Positions 18,446 through 28,017 of a DNA stretch of 64,000 nucleotides are shown here, one piece after another (the stretch's first letter is position 1; each line of letters starts with the position of its first letter). The position numbers were made by a program, and so were the translations under genes. Under the pieces are notes generated by a model. That model had not been told where the DNA came from. It saw only the letters and a list, made by a program, of their open reading frames with translations, and searched no databases. The stretch is from an uncultured Candidatus Binatia bacterium. Its GTDB lineage: Bacteria; Desulfobacterota; Binatia; Bin18. Where the stretch lies: the NCBI GenBank assembly GCA_965200965.1, contig OZ241744.1:2784001-2848000 (forward strand), read 5' to 3'.

Positions 18446-19534
18446 TCAGGTTTGGATTTCCTTGGTGGTCATGCGGCTGCCGGCGTCGGACCCGGCCCAG
18501 CCCTGGACTGCTGCCGAAAAGCGGCCAGCCGTACCGCCGGCCACAATGATAACGATATTTTCGGGTTTGGGAAACTTGGGGAAGAGCGTGTCGTCGGTCG
18601 GCGGCGGGCGGTCTTTCCTGGGCGTTCTGAGCATACTGACGCCGGCACCTTCGCCGCCGTTCACGCCGGGCCGGAGTTCGCGCAGCGGCCGGCGGATGTT
18701 CTCGTACAGGAATTGGCGCAGGTCGTTCTTTGACCAGCCGTCTTGGGCGAAGGTCTTGGCGTGTTCGGGGCAGACAACCAGGACGGTATCCGAAAAGAGC
18801 GGATAGTTTTTATGGTTCCACAGGCCGGCCATTGTCCAGCCCAGGGACAGCGCCAGCTGCTCGGCGCTGCGGCTGGCGTGATCGTTGATCTGGAGCGGCG
18901 AGTGACCACCGAACAGGGTCACTGTGCTCTGGTCGGGGCGGAAGCCTTTTTCAACGTGGAGCGGCTCCCACGGGCTGTCTTCCTCATTTTCGCCCACGCA
19001 GAAGGTGTACTGGGCGGGGTGGCCCATTGTGGCCTTGGTGATCTCGTGGGGCTTGGCCCCGCCAATGTTGATAATCATCAGCCGCAGGGCGCGGCCAATG
19101 GTGGCGTTGGCCCGGAAGCCGTGGCCGAGCGCGTTATGCCCGCAGTTTATCCCGATGCGCTGACGAATCGGGCCGTTGATAATCGTCATCGGCGAGGCCG
19201 AGAAGGTGGTGACGTTGATGCCGTGGATGCAGAACTGCTCCTCACACATCGCCTCGACCGCGGCCAGCACAGTCGGAAAATATGACGGGTGACAGCCGGC
19301 CATGACCGCGTTAATGGCGATCTTTTCCAAGCTGGCCCGACCGTAATTGGGGCCGATGGTGCCAATTTCCTCGTGCGGGTGACGCGTCGTGGCGGCCAGC
19401 AGGCGCGTCACCCGCTCCTGGGTCGGCGGGACAACCGGCAGGCCGTCCGTCACCCCCCGGGCGTACAGGAGTTCAACCGGGTCGTCGGCCTGGACCTCAA
19501 TCTGGTGTGAGGACAGTGGTGTTGTCGATGCCAT
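18446..19534 (-). CDS. UGSC-associated conserved protein (DGLPVVPPT family)
   Basis: TDGLPVVPPT, EKIAINAVMAGC, RANATIGRALRL and ENEEDSPWEPLH motifs; adjacent to the selenoprotein. Confidence 0.8.
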   Translation of the reverse strand: MASTTPLSSHQIEVQADDPVELLYARGVTDGLPVVPPTQERVTRLLAATTRHPHEEIGTIGPNYGRASLEKIAINAVMAGCHPSYFPTVLAAVEAMCEEQFCIHGINVTTFSASPMTIINGPIRQRIGINCGHNALGHGFRANATIGRALRLMIINIGGAKPHEITKATMGHPAQYTFCVGENEEDSPWEPLHVEKGFRPDQSTVTLFGGHSPLQINDHASRSAEQLALSLGWTMAGLWNHKNYPLFSDTVLVVCPEHAKTFAQDGWSKNDLRQFLYENIRRPLRELRPGVNGGEGAGVSMLRTPRKDRPPPTDDTLFPKFPKPENIVIIVAGGTAGRFSAAVQGWAGSDAGSRMTTKEIQT

Positions 19535-19550
19535 AGCTGTGTCTCCCCGA

Positions 19551-20504
19551 TTATTTGATCGACTGCGGGTTCACCGGCGAGCCGACCGCACCGGTAATCG
19601 TCAGCGGCGGTGCGACAAACATGAACTCGTACACCCCGTCGGCGGCGCAGTCTTCGGCCAGTTCTTCAAGGTCAAAAATCTCTCCGACCAGCATTCCGGC
19701 GTGGACAATCAGAATCATGTGCAGGGGTTGGAAGATGTCGGGCGTTTCGTTGGGAATGACCTCCGTGCCCCAGGTGTCGGTGGCGTAGCCGGCAACCTGT
19801 TTGTCGCACAGCCACGAGGCGCAGGCCACCCCCAGCCCTGGCGCATCGCCGCCGCTGTAACTGCCCCAGTCGTTTTCGGCCCGGACCTGGGCGATCTGGC
19901 CGGTGCGGATAATAACGATGTCGCCGGTACCAACAGCCACCCGGCCCATTGCGGCTGCGGCGTCGAGGTCTTCGGGCTGAATCGCTTCTCCGGGGTCCAG
20001 CCATTGTTTGCCTTTGCAGCGGGGGATATCGAGCAACACGCCGCGGGAGATAATTTTACTCTTGGCGTTTTCAATCCCGTTTTTCTTGGCCCCGGTGCTG
20101 GTCACGGCCTCGGCCCCATAGCCGTTGTACATCTTGTCTTTGTACAGGATATGGGCCAGGGCGTCCCACTGGGTGGCGCACTGGAGCGGCATGGTTACGG
20201 CGTCGTCGGTATATTGCAGGTTGGGCAGATGCTTCTGGGCACCGACGGCGATGTCGCCCCCGTCCTGGATCATGAAATGAATAGGATTAAAGCGTCCAAA
20301 GGCACCGGTCTGCGGGCCTTTGTCGTCAAAGGGAATGGCCAGCGAGATGGACTTGCCCCGGGTGACGAGCTTTGCGGCGTTGACCACTTTTTCGGGGGTG
20401 ATGTAGTTCAGTGTGCCGAGCTGATCGTCGGCCCCCCACTTGCCCCAGTTCTTATATTTGTCGGCCAGGGCTTCGATGTCTGCCATTGAGTATTGGTGTC
20501 CCAT
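19551..20504 (-). CDS. Cyclase family metal-dependent hydrolase
   Basis: NWGKWGADDQLGTLN, TQWDALAH, RGVLLDIP and GAVGSPVNP motifs. Confidence 0.9.
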   Translation of the reverse strand: MGHQYSMADIEALADKYKNWGKWGADDQLGTLNYITPEKVVNAAKLVTRGKSISLAIPFDDKGPQTGAFGRFNPIHFMIQDGGDIAVGAQKHLPNLQYTDDAVTMPLQCATQWDALAHILYKDKMYNGYGAEAVTSTGAKKNGIENAKSKIISRGVLLDIPRCKGKQWLDPGEAIQPEDLDAAAAMGRVAVGTGDIVIIRTGQIAQVRAENDWGSYSGGDAPGLGVACASWLCDKQVAGYATDTWGTEVIPNETPDIFQPLHMILIVHAGMLVGEIFDLEELAEDCAADGVYEFMFVAPPLTITGAVGSPVNPQSIK

Positions 20505-20610
20505 GCGCTGCTCTCCTTTTGGACGAATCGTTTTGTCTTCCTTTCGAAAGGTCAGGACGATTCATCGCTGTCTTTCCACATCTGACAGCTATCCGTCAAG
20601 CGATGAGAGA

Positions 20611-21555
20611 TCAGGTTCCGAGCCGTGTGCCGGGCACTTGGGGATGACCCTTGAGAAACTCGGCAACGGCCAAGCGCTTTTTCCCGGCCAGTTGCACTTC
20701 TTCGAGAGCCAGGATTCCGCGGCCGGTGGCGATTAGCAGTTGGCCGCGGGCAGACCGGACTACAGTCCCCGGTGCTGCGCCGGAGACCGGGGGGTGGGCC
20801 AAGTGGGCGGCGTGGATTTTGAGCAGTTTGCCCCCCAGGCTGGTGTAGGCCGATGGCCAGGGGTTGAAGGCCCGAATGCGTCTTTCAATACTGGCCGCGT
20901 CCTCGGTCCAGTCGATGCGACCGTCTTCTTTTTTGATGGCCGTGGCATAGGTCGCTTGGCTCTCATCCTGTGGCCGGGCGACGAGCCGGCCGGCTCTGAA
21001 CAGGCTCAAGGCCCGGTTGAGCGTCTCGGCCCCAAGGGCAGCCAGGTTATCGTGCAGGCTGCTGCCGGTTTCTGTTGCGCTGATGGGCAGGGCTTTTTGC
21101 AGCAGGATATCGCCGGCGTCCATCTGTTCATTGACCCGCATGATGGTGATGCCGGTCTGGGTCTCACCATTGACAATCGCCCGCTGAATGGGGGCCGCCC
21201 CCCGGTATTTGGGCAGCAAAGAGGCGTGGACATTGATGCAGCCGTGCAACGGCAGGTCAAGCAGGCCCTTGGGCAGCAGCTTGCCATAGGCCGCAATCAC
21301 CAGCAGGTCGGGCCGCCAGGCGCACAACCGTTCCAGGACCTCGGGCGGGCGCAGCTTGGCCGGCTGGAAAATGGGAATATCGTGTTCGAGAGCACAGGAT
21401 TTGACCGCAGAGGGGTACCGCGCCAAGCCCCGACCGGCCGGTTGGTCGGGCTGGGTCACTACACCGATGAGGGGGTCTTCGCGCGTCATCAGAACCCGCA
21501 GAGATGGTACGGCAAATTCCGGCGTGCCCATGAAGACGAGACGCAGAGGTTGCAC
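20611..21555 (-). CDS. fmt: Methionyl-tRNA formyltransferase
   Basis: FMGTPEFA, INVHASLLPKYRGAAPIQ and MDAGDI motifs. Confidence 0.98.
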   Translation of the reverse strand: MQPLRLVFMGTPEFAVPSLRVLMTREDPLIGVVTQPDQPAGRGLARYPSAVKSCALEHDIPIFQPAKLRPPEVLERLCAWRPDLLVIAAYGKLLPKGLLDLPLHGCINVHASLLPKYRGAAPIQRAIVNGETQTGITIMRVNEQMDAGDILLQKALPISATETGSSLHDNLAALGAETLNRALSLFRAGRLVARPQDESQATYATAIKKEDGRIDWTEDAASIERRIRAFNPWPSAYTSLGGKLLKIHAAHLAHPPVSGAAPGTVVRSARGQLLIATGRGILALEEVQLAGKKRLAVAEFLKGHPQVPGTRLGT

Positions 21556-21860
21556 AGCGCTGATTACCTGTTAGTGATTTCGCAGGAAATCACTCTTCGT
21601 CGCGTTTCGTGCCCTTGGCAAGCAGAGGAGTATACTTACCGCACCCCTCTGTGGAACTTTTGAAGGAATGTGATGGCTCGGGATTTTGTCTGAAAATTGC
21701 CGCGTACTTCGTCTCCCGTGGAGTATTGGACAGGAATCTCATACCGCACAACTTGCATGGCGGGCGCAGTTTCATCATGGGATGCAATGAACTGAACAGC
21801 TATTGATACTGACGAACAGTTGGGGATGGGCGCTCGGCTGTTCTCTCATGCTTCGACAGG

Positions 21861-22406
21861 TTAAGACGATTCATCTTTCGGCTCTTTATCGGCTTTGAGC
21901 GGCCGACCTTCGCGGATCAGCTTCTTGACCCGTTGGCTGTAGATATCCCGCTTGAGGCGGCTGATGCGGTCAATAAACAGTTTGCCGTCAAGATGATCGA
22001 GTTCGTGCTGGAGAGCCACGGCCAGCAGGTCTTCGGCCTGGATGGTGATTTCTTTCTGGTCAAGTGTCCAGGCGTTGACTTCGACCTTGGCGGCCCGTCT
22101 GACCTCGGCGGTATAATCAATGACGCTCAGACAGCCTTCTTCCCAGACCAGACAGCCTTCACTGGCGGTGATGCGTGGATTGACCAGTTTCAGCAGGTCT
22201 TTGCCGGGTTCCTCGTGATTCACGTCAAGCACGACAATGCGCTGGGTCGTGCCGAGTTGGGGGGCGGCCAGACCAACGCCCGGGGCGTCGTACATGGTTT
22301 CCACCATATCCCCAATCAAGCGCACCAACTCGCCATCCATGTTCGTGACCGGGGTTGAGGTTTTGGTCAGGCGCTTATCTGGAAAGTGCAGAATTTCTCG
22401 TATCAT
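21861..22406 (-). CDS. def: Peptide deformylase
   Basis: GVGLAAPQ, EGCLS and QHELDHLDG motifs. Confidence 0.98.
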   Translation of the reverse strand: MIREILHFPDKRLTKTSTPVTNMDGELVRLIGDMVETMYDAPGVGLAAPQLGTTQRIVVLDVNHEEPGKDLLKLVNPRITASEGCLVWEEGCLSVIDYTAEVRRAAKVEVNAWTLDQKEITIQAEDLLAVALQHELDHLDGKLFIDRISRLKRDIYSQRVKKLIREGRPLKADKEPKDESS

Positions 22407-22414
22407 CAGGCCCT

Positions 22415-24739
22415 CTATAACATACTATACGGATCAACATCAACGATTGTGCGCAAGGTGGGCCGGCCTCGCGCCGCGCTCGGCCCGCCGTCGTGCAGGA
22501 GTTCTTGACGAACCTGCCGGACCAGGCTGTGCAGGGCGCGGGGGCGTTTGCCTTTGAGCAGCAGGTGCCAGCGGACGCGGCCTTTAATCTTTTCAATCGG
22601 GGCTGGGGCCGGACCTAGCACAGCGGGTGAGCCGTGGTCTTCTTTGATGAGGGCCTGTAAACGCCGGGCAAAGCGCTCGGCGTAGGCCATGACTGTTTCA
22701 CTGTCGGCGCTCTCAAAGCGGATATTCACCGCGCGGGCAAACGGGGGGTAGTCGAGCCGCTTGCGGTAGCCCAACTCCTGCTTGGCGAAGCCGGCGAAGT
22801 CGTGCTGAAGTGCGGCCTGGATGCTGTAGTGAGCGGGCGAGTAAGTCTGAATGATGACCCGCCCAGGGTCATCTCCGCGCCCGGCCCGGCCGGCCACCTG
22901 AGCCAGGAGTTGAAAGGTTCTCTCCGCGGCACGGAAGTCGGGCAGGTTGAGAGAGATATCGGCCAGCAGTACGCCCACCAGGGTGACGCTTGGCACATCG
23001 TGCCCCTTGGCAATCATTTGGGTCCCGACCAGAACGTCAAGCTCCCCTGCCCGCCAAGTGCCTAAAATCCGGTCCAGCGCGCCTCGCCGGCGGGCGGTAT
23101 CGCGGTCGAGCCGACCGACCCGGGCGCTGGGTATCAAGCGTGTCAGGGCCTCTTCCACCTGTTGGGTCCCGACTCCACTGTCCCGCAACAATGCACTCGA
23201 ACAACTCGGACAGCGCTGTGGCGGAGGTTTGGAGAAGCCGCAGTAATGACAGCGCAGCGCACGGTCGGCGCGGTGCCAGGTAAGCGTCACGCTGCACTGC
23301 CCACACGCCACTGCCTGCCCGCACTGGCGACACTGGAGGTAGTTCGCATACCCACGGCGATTCATGAACAACAGACTCTGCCGACCGGCTTGATGATTCT
23401 CTATCAGAGCCTGTTGGAGGGGGACCGAAAAAATTCGAGTTGGACTGCACGGCTGGAAAGATGGATCGTCTTGCGGCCGGCCTTGGCGGCGCAGGTCTAC
23501 GACCTCCACCTCTGGGAGCGGACGCGAAGCGATCCGTTGAGGCAGGCTCAGCAGGGTGTAGCGCTTGGACTGGCTATGCAGGTAGCTTTCGAGCGAGGGG
23601 GTGGCCGAGCCTAGGACCACTGGGCAGGAGGATATCCTGCCGCGGACGACCGCCAAGTCTCTGGCATTATATCGCACGCCCTCTTCCTGCTTGTATGCGC
23701 CGTCGTGTTCTTCATCAACCACGATCAGACCCAACCGGCTCACCGGGGCAAAAATCGCCGAGCGAGCACCAATGATGACCTGCGCCTCTCCGCGTGCAAT
23801 CCGCTGCCACTCAGCCCAACGCTGGCTGGGTCGCAGGCCGCTGTGCATCACGGCGACCTGCGACCCAAAACGCTGCCGGGCGCGTTCAACCAACTGGTGG
23901 GTCAGCCCGATCTCCGGGACTAGCATCAGCACATGCTTGCCGCTGCGCAGGGCGGCGTGAGCGGCGCGGACATACACCTCGGTTTTGCCGCTGCCAGTCA
24001 CCCCGTGGAGCAGGAACACCCGAAAAGCCACTGACCCAAGGGCGGCGCTGATCTGGGCGTAAGCAGCTCCCTGCTCAGACGAGAGGCAGAAGGGAGGAAC
24101 GCTCGTCCCGGTTCCGGCCGGGGCCAAGTGGGCTTTGGGCTGTCGTGTCTGCGGGATATGCTCCCGGACGGTGAGCAGATTTTGGGCTTCCAGACTGTGC
24201 AGAATTCTGCCAATCGGCAGGCTGGGAAAGCGCTGACTGAGGGATTTTGTTGTGACCTGCTTCCTGGTCACAACAAAATCCAGGATTGTTCTTTCCCTCC
24301 CGGTCAGTTCCAGAGCGCCCTTTTGAACATCAGGTCCATCACTTTTGACTTTTGACTTTTTCACCAGCGTCACTACCCGCTTACTCTCACGCCGCAAGCC
24401 GCTGGGCAGTATTGTGCTCAGTATGTCGCCTAACGACGCCAGGTAGTAATTGGCTGTCCACCGCCACAATTCCATCATTTCTTTCGAAAAAACAGGGGTT
24501 TCATCAAGAACATCAAGGATGTACTTCAAATTTTTACCAGCCAGATCGTGCGAAGGGCTGAAGCGGGTCACAATGCCAGTCATTTTCCGACGGCCAACGG
24601 GCACAAGAACCCGCATACCAGGGAGGACACCTGCCTGAAACACCTTGGGGATGGCGTAGGTAAGTTCCTGGTGGCAGCCAATTGGAGCCGTAACCACCAC
24701 ACAAGCGAAAGGAAAAGATGAAGTTTTCGCCTCAGACAT
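22415..24739 (-). CDS. priA: Primosomal protein N' helicase
   Basis: GVTGSGKTEVY, VDEEHD, GSATPSLES, four CxxC pairs, QVAGRAGR and C-terminal DVDP. Start uncertain. Confidence 0.97.
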   Translation of the reverse strand: MSEAKTSSFPFACVVVTAPIGCHQELTYAIPKVFQAGVLPGMRVLVPVGRRKMTGIVTRFSPSHDLAGKNLKYILDVLDETPVFSKEMMELWRWTANYYLASLGDILSTILPSGLRRESKRVVTLVKKSKVKSDGPDVQKGALELTGRERTILDFVVTRKQVTTKSLSQRFPSLPIGRILHSLEAQNLLTVREHIPQTRQPKAHLAPAGTGTSVPPFCLSSEQGAAYAQISAALGSVAFRVFLLHGVTGSGKTEVYVRAAHAALRSGKHVLMLVPEIGLTHQLVERARQRFGSQVAVMHSGLRPSQRWAEWQRIARGEAQVIIGARSAIFAPVSRLGLIVVDEEHDGAYKQEEGVRYNARDLAVVRGRISSCPVVLGSATPSLESYLHSQSKRYTLLSLPQRIASRPLPEVEVVDLRRQGRPQDDPSFQPCSPTRIFSVPLQQALIENHQAGRQSLLFMNRRGYANYLQCRQCGQAVACGQCSVTLTWHRADRALRCHYCGFSKPPPQRCPSCSSALLRDSGVGTQQVEEALTRLIPSARVGRLDRDTARRRGALDRILGTWRAGELDVLVGTQMIAKGHDVPSVTLVGVLLADISLNLPDFRAAERTFQLLAQVAGRAGRGDDPGRVIIQTYSPAHYSIQAALQHDFAGFAKQELGYRKRLDYPPFARAVNIRFESADSETVMAYAERFARRLQALIKEDHGSPAVLGPAPAPIEKIKGRVRWHLLLKGKRPRALHSLVRQVRQELLHDGGPSAARGRPTLRTIVDVDPYSML

Positions 24740-25436
24740 TTGACAATCTACTTTTTGTTTGCCATAGTAACTATCGGAAGGGCTGTAACATACCCCGGAT
24801 ATTGGCACAAGCTCGGTAAAAATGATTCGGAATACAGGTGAGACACTTGATCCGCTGGTTTCGGCAATACGGGTCAGCAGCTATCAGGGCAAAATACGGC
24901 CTGACGGCCTGTATCGGTCACAAGCAGGACGACCTCAGACATGGGAAACAGGGATTCCGTACCTGCGTGCGGGAACGGCCGGAAATAAAGATGAATTACC
25001 GGTTTTGGACCGGCGGCAGGAGCGTAGAGCATCAGACGATGCGTGGGAAGGGAGAACGACGGTATTGGCTGGGACACTCGGAGGCTTGGCTGTCAGTGGT
25101 GAGGCGGGGCGGTGGAGTGGTGGAAGCGAGGGGTAGTGCGCTTCTTGACTCCGAGCCTCCGAGTGTCCCTGTCGATGTGGTAAGCGGGTGGTTGCGGTAG
25201 TGGAATGACAGGGATCAGATAGGGGTGAGGGGGAGGAAAATATTTCCTCAAATCCTTGTGTCACCTCCACCCCTATCAAAAAATTTGCCTTGAGACAAGA
25301 GCGGCAACACATATGCGCCTGCTCAGGGAGAAGAAAACAGCAGCAGGGTGGGAGAGCAGGGGGAATAGGCCTCAGGTCAGGACGGTGTGTTGGGGAGGAA
25401 TGACGGTTGGGATTCCTGACCGGAAGGTCTGCACCT

Positions 25437-25988
25437 ATGCCGGACAATATCATACTGACCGGCTTCATGGGGACTGGCAAAACCCAGGTCGGCAGACGGC
25501 TGGCCAGGCGGCTGGGGTGGCCGTTTGTTGATACAGACCTCGTTATCGAACGAGAACTCAATATCTCTATCCGACAGCTCTTTGCGGAAAAAGGGGAAGC
25601 CTGTTTCCGCCAGCAAGAACGGTCGGTGATCGCCCGGGTATGCCAATACCAACGGCATGTTATTGCGACCGGGGGCGGAGCGATTGTTGATCCGGCCAAC
25701 GCCCAACAGTTCAAAAACAGTGGTTTGGTGGTGTGTTTGACCTCGGCCCCTGAGGTTATTTTCGCCCGGGTGCAGGGGAATACCGACCGGCCGCTCTTAC
25801 AGGCCGAAAAATCGAAAGGAAGCCACGATGATTCCTCTTTCGAGCCACTCGCAACAATTCGGACCCTGATGGCAAGTCGGGCTGACGCCTATGCCAGAGC
25901 ACAGATCGCTATTGACACCTCGCAGCAGAGTGTGGAACAGGTTGTTGCAGCAGTCCTGAGCGTATATCGGGACTACGCCAGAGCCTGA
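25437..25988 (+). CDS. aroK: Shikimate kinase
   Basis: GFMGTGKT, DTD, ATGGG and RPLL motifs. Confidence 0.96.
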   Translation: MPDNIILTGFMGTGKTQVGRRLARRLGWPFVDTDLVIERELNISIRQLFAEKGEACFRQQERSVIARVCQYQRHVIATGGGAIVDPANAQQFKNSGLVVCLTSAPEVIFARVQGNTDRPLLQAEKSKGSHDDSSFEPLATIRTLMASRADAYARAQIAIDTSQQSVEQVVAAVLSVYRDYARA

Positions 25989-26165
25989 AAAGGCAGGACA
26001 CCTGTTCGTACCTCTGCCTATGGAGAGCATCACCGTTCATCTTGGCCAGCGTTCCTACCCGGTCAGGATCGGGTCTGGAGTTGTGACCCGTCTCGGCCCG
26101 CTGTTGGAGATGAATCATCCTGATACGCAGTCGAAAGGAAGCCACGACGATTCCTCTTTCGAGCC
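25812..26165 (+). repeat. 35-bp imperfect palindromic element, copies at 25812-25846 (aroK) and 26131-26165 (aroB)
   Basis: TCGAAAGGAAGCCACGAYGATTCCTCTTTCGAGCC, 34/35 identical; both copies encode SKGSHDDSSFEP. Confidence 0.92.
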
Positions 26166-27159
26166 GGGCCTGACCGCCAGGCGCGTTGCGGTGGTGACGG
26201 ACAGTAATGTCGCGCCATATTACCGTGAACCGCTGGTACAGAGCCTGACCGGGGCCGGTTATGAGCCGTGGGTGATTGTACTGCCGCCCGGTGAACAGCA
26301 AAAGGACTTGGCAACGCTGTCTCTGGTGTATGACAAACTGATTGAAGGACGGATTGAACGTCGTTCTCCGTTGATCGCTCTGGGCGGAGGAGTGATCGGT
26401 GATCTGACCGGATTTGCCGCGGCGACATTTCAACGCGGCGTCCCCTTTATCCAGGTGCCGACAACGCTGTTAGCCCAGATTGACGCCAGCGTGGGGGGGA
26501 AAACCGCGGTCAACCATCCGGCTGGCAAGAATTTGATCGGAGCTTTCTATCAACCGCGTTTGGTCCTCATTGATGTTGATACGCTCAAAACCCTGCCCCA
26601 ACGCGAGTTTGTGGCAGGGGTTGCAGAGGTGATCAAGTACGGGGCGATTCTGAGCCCAGACTTGTTCGCCCTCTTGGAGGAGCAGCTCGACCGCTTGCTC
26701 GGGCTGGAGCCGATGTTGCTGACCTCGATCATCAAGACCTGCTGTCAGCTCAAGGCGCAGGTAGTTGAAGCGGACGAGCAAGAAACCGATTACCGGGCAA
26801 TTCTGAACTTCGGACATACCCTGGGTCACGCGGTTGAGAGAGCGACCGGGTATGAGCGGTTCCTGCACGGCGAGGCAGTCGCCATAGGTATGGCGTTTGC
26901 CGCCAAGCTGTCGCTCCAACGCGGTCTGTGTGGAGCGGCAACCCATGACCGCCTTGTGGGATTGCTCCAACGGGCCGGTTTACCGGTTGATATCCCGCCG
27001 GACATTGCCCAGGAGCATCTCCGTACAGGCATCGGGGCAGACAAAAAGGTCTCGGCCGGCAAGGTCAAATTCGTCTGTCTCGAGCAGTTCGGCAAGACTC
27101 GCTTTGAGGTGCTCAGCACCGCCGAAATTGTCCGCCACATATCCCAGGATGAACGATGA
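26020..27159 (+). CDS. aroB: 3-dehydroquinate synthase
   Basis: GGGVIGDLTGF, PTTLLAQIDASVGGKT, LNFGHTLGH and LHGEAVAIG motifs. Confidence 0.98.
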   Translation: MESITVHLGQRSYPVRIGSGVVTRLGPLLEMNHPDTQSKGSHDDSSFEPGLTARRVAVVTDSNVAPYYREPLVQSLTGAGYEPWVIVLPPGEQQKDLATLSLVYDKLIEGRIERRSPLIALGGGVIGDLTGFAAATFQRGVPFIQVPTTLLAQIDASVGGKTAVNHPAGKNLIGAFYQPRLVLIDVDTLKTLPQREFVAGVAEVIKYGAILSPDLFALLEEQLDRLLGLEPMLLTSIIKTCCQLKAQVVEADEQETDYRAILNFGHTLGHAVERATGYERFLHGEAVAIGMAFAAKLSLQRGLCGAATHDRLVGLLQRAGLPVDIPPDIAQEHLRTGIGADKKVSAGKVKFVCLEQFGKTRFEVLSTAEIVRHISQDER

Positions 27160-27191
27160 TCCCTTCCTGATGAGGGGGTCATCATCGTTCA
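27150..27191. terminator. Stem-loop at the aroB stop (no U tract)
   Basis: Arms TGAACGATGAT / ATCATCGTTCA with inner CCCTTC / GAGGGG. Confidence 0.45.
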
Positions 27192-27292
27192 CCTCGCTCT
27201 CGGTCTTCCCCCCACCGACTCACGGTTGATCGAGAGCATCGGACGTTATACCCTGAGACGAGTCGAACGCTCCGAATCCGTACAGGTATCCT

Positions 27293-27991
27293 ATGGAGTT
27301 ATTGCACAAGAGAAGAGTGTACCAGGTGTGTTTTGCCCTCGCGTTGTCTGGGTGCTCAGTAAGTACAGCACCGAGTTCAAATCCAAGCCCCGGCCCGCCG
27401 CCCTCTTCGGCCTTGCCGCCCCCGGCTGCTCCCACTCCCCCGGAACTCCAGACGAATTACCAGAATGACCCATCGCTGACCCGAGGGGAGAAAGTCAAGC
27501 GCATGGACCGGGCACTGTCCCGTTCGCTCAATACGTTTGACGACCGCCGGAATGCGGCCGCGCAGGATGGTGGGAGACCTTCTTCCGTCACAGCCGGGAA
27601 CGCCACGGGTTCGAGCGACATGCCCGAGGCGAGCTTGGGCGGGTCGATCGCCTCTTCCGAAATATCTGGAACCGAAGTGCTGTCGCAGGTCCCAGGCGGC
27701 CCGGCTGTCGGCGCACCACCGCTCACCGACGTGACGGGGGTAGACCCGGCCTTGGGCATCCCGCCGACCTCTGACGGGATGGAAGCACCGAACAGGAACC
27801 CCACACGGATACTCGGACGCCAGCCGGTCCCTGGCAGCGGCCAGTTGCCGAAAGACATTCCCGCCGCCGACAACGACAGCGTCCTTGAGGCGCAGATCCG
27901 TGCGGCGGCAATGCAGGAACAAGATCCGCAGATGCGGGAACGCCTATGGAACGAATACCGCCGATACAAGGGTCTGCCGCTCAAAGAATAA
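27293..27991 (+). CDS. Putative Pro/Ser-rich lipoprotein
   Basis: Lipobox LALSGC; low-complexity body; ordered C-terminus DIP.ADNDSVLEAQIRAAA..E.DP..RERLWNEYRRYK. Confidence 0.75.
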   Translation: MELLHKRRVYQVCFALALSGCSVSTAPSSNPSPGPPPSSALPPPAAPTPPELQTNYQNDPSLTRGEKVKRMDRALSRSLNTFDDRRNAAAQDGGRPSSVTAGNATGSSDMPEASLGGSIASSEISGTEVLSQVPGGPAVGAPPLTDVTGVDPALGIPPTSDGMEAPNRNPTRILGRQPVPGSGQLPKDIPAADNDSVLEAQIRAAAMQEQDPQMRERLWNEYRRYKGLPLKE

Positions 27992-28017
27992 GCGCGGTTC
28001 GGTGCCCGATAGGACTC

